From Anaeromyxobacter sp. (lineage in GTDB: Bacteria; Myxococcota; Myxococcia; Myxococcales; Anaeromyxobacteraceae): DNA of 64,000 nt. The stretch covers positions 18,169-82,168 of the forward strand of contig JASGJN010000019.1 of NCBI GenBank assembly GCA_049840735.1, written 5' to 3'. This document shows positions 31,919 through 40,307 of the stretch, piece by piece; positions within the stretch are counted from its first letter, which is position 1; the number at the start of each line of letters is the position of its first letter. The translations under genes were made by a program, and so were the position numbers. The notes under the pieces are model-generated. The model did no database searches, was not told the origin of the DNA, and saw nothing but the letters and a program-made list of their open reading frames with translations.

Positions 31919-32146
31919 ATGTCGACGTGGCAAAGAGGTGTTGCTGTGGCCATGCTCCTGGGGGCGTGGGCGGGCTGTGCCAGTGACTGGAGCGGGTCGG
32001 GGACGAGCCTGCTCATCAGCGGTGGGCACCGGCAGAGCTGCGGAGCGGTGAACGGCGCGGCGTACTGCTGGGGCAACAACACCTACGGGGCGCTCGGGGA
32101 TGGAACGACAATCACCCGCGGTACGCCGGCGCCGGTCTCCGGGTGA
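31919..32146 (+). pseudogene. N-terminal fragment of an RCC1-repeat lipoprotein gene (75 aa)
   Basis: MSTWQRGVAVAMLLGAWAGCAS...ISGGHRQSCGAVNGAAYCWGNNTYGALGDGT parallels the first ~80 aa of the gene at 25225-26376, then stops. Confidence 0.6.
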
Positions 32147-32283
32147 AGGTCGCCACGGCTCCACCGGCATGTGCCGGTCCATCCCGCGCGAGCATCGACG
32201 TCGGCCGCCGAGTCGCGGTAGCGTCTCCGACGAGCCCTTCGCAGGGAGCGACGCGGCCCACCCGGCGTGAGAGGTGACCCCGC

Positions 32284-33022
32284 ATGATGCGCCCCGACGT
32301 GATCCTCGAGGACGCCCGCTACCTGGCCCAGCAGGCGGAGAAGGCGCTGGCCACGGCGCCTCGGCCGGCGGACCGCGAGCAGCTGCTCTCGGAGCTGTCC
32401 GAGCGCCGCCACGTGGCGGGGGTGGCTGCGCTGCTCGCCACCGGGGACGCCGCGGCCTTCCGGCAGGAGCTGGCCGCGGCCGGCGCGGCGCGGGTGGAGC
32501 TGCTCAGGCTGCCGGCGCAGCTCAGCCGCGCTCCGGGGTACCTGCAGCGCGCCAGCCATCTGGCCCCGTTCTTCGACGCCCTGGTGGCCGGCGCGGACGG
32601 GCTGGCGGCCGAGGTCGCGCGCCTCTCGCCGCCGGCCTGGCGGGAGGACGACGAGTTCGAGGATGACTTCTGGTACGCCCGCTTCCTGGCGGCGGTGGTG
32701 CTGGGTCAGCCGGCCGAGGCCGCCGCCGCGCTGCAGGGGCTGGCCCGCGCCTGCGGCCCGAATCCCACGGCGCGCCACGACCTCTGCGCCGCGCTGCTGG
32801 CCCGCGACGGCGCGGGCTTCGGCAAGGCCCTGCGCCAGCTGGTGGCCGAGCGGCAGTCGGAGCTGCTCGACCTGGACGAGACGCCCCGCCCTGAATCCCG
32901 ATCGCCACTTCGTGGACAAGCAGGTCTTCGTGGAGGGGCTGGCGTGGCTCTGGCTGGGGCGCGAGCTCAGGTTCGAGGCGCCGACGGCCCTGCTGCCGGC
33001 CGCAGCGCGGCGGGCGCAGTAG
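32284..33022 (+). CDS. all-helical putative immunity protein (Imm49-like), paralogue 5, frameshift near 32888
   Basis: DDEFEDDFWYARFL, ARHDLCAALLARD and VFVEGLAWLWLG are present. The C-terminus is in ORF 32663-33022. Confidence 0.5.
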
Positions 33023-33030
33023 CCGCCCGC

Positions 33031-34324
33031 CTACTCCCCGAACCCGCGCCCCGGCAGCCTCCCCGCCAGGCCCCGCGCCGCCGCCAGCTCCTCGCGCTGT
33101 CGCTGCGTGAGCGCGTCCCAGGTCACTGCCGCCTGGCCGCGCGAGCGGATGGCCAGCTCCAGCGCCAGCGCCTCCCGCCGCCGCGCCGGTCCCTCCGACA
33201 GCTCGCGCAGGAGGCCGCCGGCGCTCCAGGGGGCGCCGCGCAGCCAGCGCTGGCCAGGCGCGAGCCGCTGGCGGGCCTCCTGCCACCAAACGGAAACCGC
33301 CTCCGGCGCCGGCGCGGGCAGCTCGGCCTCGGGGCCGTAGCCCGGCTCCGCCCCGTCCTCTTGCTCCGGATCCCAGCGCTCGGGCGCGCCCAGGTGGGCG
33401 GGCGTGAGCGGGAGCCCGGTGATGGCGGCGAAGGCCTCCAGCGCCAGCGGCGCCAGCTTCCCGTCGCGCAAAAGCGGCAGCAGCGCCTCGGCCGCGCTCA
33501 CCTGGCCGCTGAAGCCCAGCGCGAAGGCGGCCGCGGCGGCGTGCTCCGGCTCGCGCAGCGCAGGGGTGAGCGCGGCAGCGGAGCGGGCGTCGCCGGAGAG
33601 CCCCAGCAGCAGCGCCGCGCTGGCGAAGCCCGGCCCGCGGGCGGCCACGGTGGCCTCGCAGGCGGACCAGGCGCCGGGGTGGCCCAACGCCATCCCGCTC
33701 TCCAGCGCCGCCGCCCGCACCTCCGGCTCCTCCGAGCGGTAGCCGCGCTCCAGCGCCAGCGGCGAGAGCCGGCCGCGGAAGGCGCGCGCGAGGCGCAGCG
33801 CCAGCGCCTGCTGGACAGGATCGTCCGCCGCGGCCAGCCCATCCAGCGGGAGCGCGGGATCGACCCCCCGCGCCGCCAGCACCTCCAGCAGGTCCGGCTG
33901 CGCCGCGCCGGCCGCCAGGCCCGCCAGCCGCTGCGCCAGCCCCTCCACCGGCGCGACCGCCAGCCCGCGCCGCAGCGCGCGACGGGGCTCGTCCTCGGCA
34001 GCGGCCAGCGCCTCCAGCACCGCCGGCGTGAAGTCGCCGTCCTCCGAGCAGAGCAGGGCGAAGGCCGCCGCGAAGACCGCGCCCGGCTCGTCCCCGCCCA
34101 GCGCCGGGACCAGCAGCTTCTCCGCCACCGCGGCCCCGCCCAGCACCAGGCCGTCGAGGTGGGCCAGCAGCCGCCCCTCGGGTCCGTCGGCAATCTCCTC
34201 CAGCGTGTACTCGGGCGACCGGAGCGCCTCCTCCCACTGCTGGAAGAGGAAGGCGGCGTCCTCCAGGTGCTCCTCCTGGATGTCCCAGCGGGGCGGGGGT
34301 CGGTTCTGAATCCGTGGCCGTCAC
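33031..34324 (-). CDS. HEAT-repeat protein, TIGR02270-like (tentative); start uncertain, frameshift at a C-run near 34290
   Basis: The frame is open upstream of ORF 33031-34146 (RWDIQEEHLEDAAFLFQQWEEALRSPEYTL...AHLDGLVLGG) but has no in-frame start. A GTG at 34324 lies in the adjacent frame. The protein is Ala/Leu-rich and repeat-like throughout. Confidence 0.5.
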
Positions 34325-34517
34325 AGGCGTCCCTCCGTGTGATGGCGGAGTGTATCCCGGTCTCGTCCGCGCCCCCTCGCCGCGCCCGGCGCCGGACGGG
34401 TTCCTCCCGCCGCGCGGCAGCCGGCCGCAGGCGCAACCCGAGGTCCTGGGCGTTCGCACTTCACGCAGAGCGTTGCGCCTCGCGGCTGAACATCCAACCT
34501 GCTACCGTTCGCGGCCC

Positions 34518-35924
34518 ATGACAGCCATGACTCGTAGTGCCGGCCTGCTGCTCGCCGCGATCTCGGCGCTGGCGGGGACCGCGCACGCGCAGGAGAAGGC
34601 GCCCTCCGGGCAGCTGGGCGTGGTGGCGGTGGCGCCGGCGCCGGGTCCCAACCCGGGCCTGGTGAGCCTGACCGGCGCGCTGCACGGCGCGCTCTCGGCC
34701 CGCACCGCTGCGGTGGTCGACCCCGGGGAGCTGCGCCTGCGCATGGGAGACCTGGGCTCGGTCGCCTCGCTCGAGGAGACCAACCGGGCGTACGAGGCGG
34801 CGCGCGCGGCGGAGCTGAGCGGCAACCCGCTGGCCGCGATCTCCGGGCTCGAGTCCGCCGTCGCCGAGCTGGAGAAGATGACGGAGGGCCCGGAGGTCTT
34901 CACCCAGTGGAAGCGGGCCGTGATCCGGCTGGCCAGGATCGAGTCGCTGCTGGCCGGCCACGAGGAGAAGGCCCGGACCACGCTGGAGAAGCTCTACCGG
35001 GCCGACCCTGACGCCAAGGTGGACGCGGCGGCGCACGGCAGCGACGTGGCGCAGCTGGCCGACTCCATCAAGGCCAAGCTCTCGCGCGCGCCGCGGCGCC
35101 GGCTCACGCTCACCTCCAGCACGCCCGGCGCCCGGTTCTTCGTGAACGGCCGCGAGGTGGGCACCAACGCCGGCGCGCCCGTCCAGACGGTGGTGGTGGC
35201 CGGCACGCACCGGGTGTCGGCCACCGACGGCACGCTGCGCGTCACGCTGCCGGCCGTGGACCTGTCCCGGGACCAGGTGCTGGATCTCGACTTCACCGTC
35301 GCCAGGATGGTCCGGCCCGGGATGGGCCCCGGGCTGGCGATCGACCCGCTCGACAAGGACAGCATCTTCCGCGCCGCGGGCAGCCTCAGGCTCTCGACGC
35401 TGATCACCACCAGCCTGATCCAGGCCGACTCGGCCACCTACCTGGTCGGCTCCGCCTACGACGTGGGCAAGGGGCAGCTGCGCCAGTCAGGCGTCATGCA
35501 CCTGGCCAACTCGGAGGCTCCCCCAGGCGGCATGAACGCGCTGGCCGACTACCTGCTCACCGGGACCCCGGCCGGCGGCGTGAAGAAGTTCGACCCGGCC
35601 AGCACCGACTGGCGGCAGGAGCCGCCCAAGACCAAGCGCAACGTGGCGATCGGCACCGCCATCGGCGGCGTCGCGCTGGGCGCAGTCTCGGTCTGGCAGC
35701 TGCTGGCCTCCAACAGCAGCTACGACAAGGCGAACGGGTACCTGTCCGGCGGGGTCCTGCCGGCGGACGACAGCCCGTACTGGCACTACAAGGAGCAGGG
35801 GGACAAGCAGCGGACGGTCGCCACCGCGACCGGGATCGGCGCCGGCGTCTGCCTCGTCACCTCCGCCGTCACCGGGTACCTGGCCTACAAGCAGTCCGGC
35901 GAGTTCGGGCCGATCCGGTTCTAG
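34518..35924 (+). CDS. secreted PEGA-domain protein with C-terminal hydrophobic segments
   Basis: The signal peptide is LLLAAISALAGTAHA. The PEGA-like block is LTLTSSTPGARFFVNGREVGTNAGAPVQTVVVAGTHRVSA. The protein ends ...GPIRF. Confidence 0.55.
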   Translation: MTAMTRSAGLLLAAISALAGTAHAQEKAPSGQLGVVAVAPAPGPNPGLVSLTGALHGALSARTAAVVDPGELRLRMGDLGSVASLEETNRAYEAARAAELSGNPLAAISGLESAVAELEKMTEGPEVFTQWKRAVIRLARIESLLAGHEEKARTTLEKLYRADPDAKVDAAAHGSDVAQLADSIKAKLSRAPRRRLTLTSSTPGARFFVNGREVGTNAGAPVQTVVVAGTHRVSATDGTLRVTLPAVDLSRDQVLDLDFTVARMVRPGMGPGLAIDPLDKDSIFRAAGSLRLSTLITTSLIQADSATYLVGSAYDVGKGQLRQSGVMHLANSEAPPGGMNALADYLLTGTPAGGVKKFDPASTDWRQEPPKTKRNVAIGTAIGGVALGAVSVWQLLASNSSYDKANGYLSGGVLPADDSPYWHYKEQGDKQRTVATATGIGAGVCLVTSAVTGYLAYKQSGEFGPIRF

Positions 35925-35984
35925 CCGGGCGCCCAGCGCGACCCGGACCGAGCGAGGTCCCTGGCCCGGCGGCGCCGAGCGGCG

Positions 35985-37879
35985 CTACTGCGCCTCGAAG
36001 ATGGCGGGGTAGACCTCGCGCGTCCCGGCGTTCACCTCGACGCGCTTGGCGATGCTGGTGGCGCCGCTCGTGACCCGGACGTCGTACCTGCCCGCCGGCA
36101 CCAGCAGCTCGCAGGGCGCGCGGCCGTAGTCCTGGCCGTTCACCGAGAACCGCCGCGCCAGGCGGCTCGGAGTTGACGGTCAGGATGCCCTTTCCGTCGG
36201 CGGCCGGCGGCAGCGTGAAGGCGTAGAGCTTGTTGCGCGACTCGAAGCGCCGCCCGGCGGCAGGGCGGGCCGGCGCAGGCTCCGGGGGCGGCGCAGGGGC
36301 CACCGGCGCGTTCGCGATCACGGTGGGCGTCCTCGATGGCTGCTTGCGCGGGGCGGGCCTGGTGGGCGCCGCAAGCCCCGCGTCGGCGGGCGCTGCCGCC
36401 GTCGTGCCGGGCGTCGGCGTCTCCGCCTCCGAGGCAGGGGCGCCGGAGCCCTGGGCCACAGTCGCCTGGGCTTCCCCTGGCGCAACCGCCTCGGCGCCGG
36501 GCTGCTGCGCCTGCCCGGGGGCGTCCACCTTCGCAGCAGGCGCCGGGGGCTGGACCTCTTGGACAGGAGCTTCCATCGAGGCCGGGGCGCGGGTCAGCCA
36601 GTAGCCTGCGCCGGCGACCGCGAGCAGGACCGCCGCTGCGGCGCCGACCAGGGGGGCGCGCCGGCTCGCGGGCGCAGGGGCCGGCGCCGCGAGGCTGGCC
36701 TCGCCGGCCCGGAATCCCCGAGGGCTCCCGGAGCGGCTCGGTGGGCCTCGCCGGCGTAGGCGCCCGAACGGCGGCAGGCGTGGGGAGCCGCACCGTCGCG
36801 GGCGTGGCCGGCCGCGGCTCGCGCGAGGCGGGGTGCTCCGGCGTGGGCAGCTGCTGGGTGGAGGACGGCGTCCCCAGCACCACCGTGGCCCTCGGCGCCG
36901 GACCCGCCCCAGGTGCCGGCACCACCAGCTGGCAGCCCAGGAGCAGCGACCGCAGCTCGTCGGCGCTGGCGGGGCGCAGCGTCCGGTCCGTGGAGAGTGT
37001 CTGCAGGACCACCGCCTCCAGGTCCGGCGACACCGCCCCGGGCTCGCGGCGTGCGCTGGGCGGCAGGACCTTCTCGGTGAGGTGCTTGCGCACCATCTCC
37101 ATCGGCGTGCGCGCCTCCAGCGGCAGCCGGCCGGTGATCAGCTCGTAGAGGACGCAGCCAATGGCGTAGAGGTCGCTCCGGGCGTCGAGCGGGTCGCCGC
37201 TCCACTGCTCCGGGCTCATGTAGCCGGGGGTCCCGCAGACCAGCCCGGCCTGGGTGAGCGTGGCGCCCTGATCGCCGGGGAGCTGGATTCTGGCGATCCC
37301 GAAGTCGAGGACCTTGACCAGGTCCTGCTCATGCCGCCGCGCCTCGAGCATCACGTTCTCGGGCTTGAGATCGCGGTGCAGGATGCCGGCGGCGTGGGCC
37401 TCGGCGAGCGCGGAGAGGATCTGCTCGGCGATCCGGACCACCCGCGGCTCGGGCAGCGGGAACTCCTCGGCGATGACGCGGGCCAGGCTCCGGCCGGCCA
37501 CGTACTCCATCACCATGAAGAGCGTCCCGTCCTCCATCTGGCCGAAGTCGGACACGTGCACGACGTTGGGGTGCCGGAGCCGGGAGGCGGCGCGCGCCTC
37601 ACGCTGGAAGCGCTGCACGATCGAGGGATCGGCCAGCAGCGAGCGCTTCAGGATCTTGAGGGCCAGCGGCGCGTCGAGCGTCAGGTGCCGGGCGCGGTAG
37701 ACGTGGCCCATCCCGCCGCCGCCCAGGTAGCCCTCGACGAAGTACGTGCCCTTCACGGTCTGGCCGATGAGCGGATCCGCGCCGGCGTCGGCCGTGCCGC
37801 GCACGACCGGCGTGCCACAGGTCGGGCAGAAGCTCGAGTCGGGCGCGACCTCGCGCTGGCAGTTCGGGCACGGGGACAT
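35985..37879 (-). CDS. Ser/Thr protein kinase with N-terminal zinc ribbon, Pro-rich linker, TM helix and C-terminal PEGA domain; at least 2 frameshifts
   Basis: It carries [46 protein letters not shown] and SPEQ. The TM helix LVGAAAAVLLAVAGAGYWL and the PEGA tail (ILTVNSEPPGAAV / SVNGQDYGRAPCELLVPAGRYDVRV) are in other frames. Shifts lie near ~36700 and ~36150. Confidence 0.8.
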
Positions 37880-38160
37880 GGGGGTGCCGGAGCATAGCAG
37901 AACGGTTCGTGCGGCAGCCCGGACCCGTGCCCACGAGGAGGGAGAGCGGAGCCCGCCGAGGGGAAGCCCTGGCCGCGGCCCCGTGCCGCACGATTCGACC
38001 TCCCGATCCCCAGGCCTGCGCCAGGCCCGGGCTCCACCTGCGGTCACTGCGCGCTTGACCCTTCACTGCCGGTCCGCAACAGTCCCTGCGTCCACCAGCA
38101 GGGCTGCCGAGGCCTCACCACCGCTGATCGCACCGCCCCGGGCGCCGCCCAGGCGAGGAG

Positions 38161-40201
38161 ATGCTGCTCATGTCCCGGATCCTCCACCTGGCGCCCTGCC
38201 TCGCGCTGCTGGCGCTCGCCGGCTGCAAGTCCGTCCAGGAGCCGCTGAGCTGCGAGACCTCCGACCAGTGCCCCTCGGGCTCCACCTGCGAGCGCGGCTA
38301 CTGCCACGAGGGCGTGGGCATCGCCATCGCCTCTCCCACCGGGCCGATCTGGACCAGCGGCGCGGTGGACATCCAGGTCGAGGTGGCGGCCGAGGTCTCC
38401 GCGGTGCGGATCGTGGTGGACGAGGAGGAGCGGGGCCGCGTCTCCGCCCCCTTCCTCTACACGCTGGACACGACCACGCTGGCCGAGGGCCGTCGCGAGG
38501 TCTGGGCCGAGGCCATCGTGAACGGGCAGCGCTTCCCCAGCACCCACCTCGAGGTGAACGTGGACCGGACGAAGCCGCTGCCCCCCACCTTCACCTCGCC
38601 CGCGGCCACCAACCTGCAGCCGGTGCCGCTGCAGGGCACCACGGAGGGCAGCGCGCGCGTCCAGCTCCGGTACGGCGGCGCGCCGGTCGGCGACGCGATC
38701 CAGGCCACGGCCGGCGGCGCGTGGGTCACGACCATGGCCCTCGCCCCCGGCGCGCACGTGTTCGAGGCCACCGCCAGCGATCGCGCGGGGAACACCTCGG
38801 CCCCGGCCAGCTGGACCGTGACCGTGGACCGGACCAGCCCCTCCGTGCTCACCCGGGCGCCCAGCGGCGACTCGGTCCTCTCCCGCACGGCCGTGGTGGT
38901 CACGTTCGACGAGCCCATGCGGCCGGGCAGCGTGACGGCCTCCTCGCTGGTGGTCACGGCCAGCGGCGGCCAGGCGCCCGCGATGGGCGCGCCGGCGCTC
39001 TCGTCGGACGGGCTGACGCTGACCGTCCCGGTGCTGACGGCAGGCACCGTCCCCAACAGCCTCACCGCCACGCTCTCCGGCCTCACCGACCTGGCCGGCA
39101 ACGCGCTCCCGGTGGACAGCTGGTCCTGGGGCACGCCGGAGTGGGTGCCGCTGGGGACGCGGATGTACATCGGCGCGGAGGCCCTCAGCTACGACTGGGC
39201 GCTGCTGCCCAGCGGATCTGCCGTGATGGTCGCCCAGGATGACTACGCCAGCTGCGCCAACAGGGTGCAGCTGTGGTCCGGCGACGCCTGGACGCTGCTG
39301 GCGCCGCCCAGCCACGGCGGCTCGATCTGGTACTGCGGCGGCTCCTCGGTGGCGGCCGACCTGCAGGGCGGGGTCCTGCTGGCGTCGGTCCACCGGATCG
39401 GCGGCGTGGAGCAGCTCTACGTCGATCGCTACCAGGACGGCACCTGGGTGACGCTGGGCGGCGCGCTCAACATGGACGCGACCCACCCCGCGGCCCGGCC
39501 GGTGATCCGCGTGGACAGCGCCGGCACGCCCTTCGTGCTCTGGCGCGACCGTGAGCGGGACCGCCCACCTGTTCGCCTCCAGCTGGAACGGCACGACCTG
39601 GGAGCGCCGGTCGGGGGACGAGAGCGACGGCTTCGACCTGCACGGCGGCGTGACCGACTACGATCTGGGCATGGGACCAGGCGGGCGGGTGTCGGTCCTG
39701 TCCACCAGTGGCGGCAACCCCAAGCTCAACCGGCTCCAGGGGACCTCGACCACGCCCAACCCGCACTACTGGCCTGGCCCCGCGGCCGCCGAGGTCGCGA
39801 TCACGGTGGACGCCTCCGGGTTGGAGCTGGTGGCCGTGACCACCAGCGGTAAGGTCTCCACCTGGCGTCCGATCTGGAGCGGCGCCTCTCCGAGCTGGGC
39901 CCAGATCGGCAATCCCATCGGCACGAGCGCGACCCGCCCCACCCTCGTGTACCGGCCGGCGGCCGTGCAGGGACAGCAGCTGTTCCTCGGATACCTCGAC
40001 TCGCAGCCGCGCGTGTCCGCCTTCGACGGCAACGGCTGGAGCAACGTCGGCGGAGGCCTCGGGCCCATGCAGGGAACCCTGCACTGGGGTGGCCTGTGCC
40101 TGTCCACGAACGCCAGCGGCGGGCTGGCTGCGCTCTGGGGAGAGGTCGGCGTCGGCTCCTATACGTCGCCCACGATGGTCACCAAGGTCTACAACCGCTG
40201 A
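38161..40201 (+). CDS. large lipoprotein with Ig-like domains and a repeat-rich C-terminal region, frameshift near 39548
   Basis: The lipobox is LALLALAGCKS. Bacterial Ig-like blocks are present (TKPLPPTFTSPAATN..., ATASDRAGNTS, VVVTFDEPM). The gene continues in ORF 39551-40201. Confidence 0.55.
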
Positions 40202-40307
40202 GCGGCTGGGCAGCCGCCCCGGGGCGGGGCAGGGTGAGACGAGGCGTGTAGCCCCGTCGCGCGCACCGGCAGCAAGGGACTTCCCCGTCCCTCGCTTTCC
40301 GCGGAAG

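Noticed and set aside
32522-34459. 645-aa minus-strand ORF, and the 745-aa plus-strand ORF 32284-34521.
   Set aside because: Beyond the immunity paralogue (32284-33022) and the HEAT-repeat gene (33031-34324, another minus frame), these are Arg/Gly/Ala/Pro-rich read-throughs of GC-rich sequence.
38044-39594. 516-aa minus-strand ORF.
   Set aside because: It lies antisense to the Ig-like lipoprotein gene and has no motifs. It is a shadow ORF.
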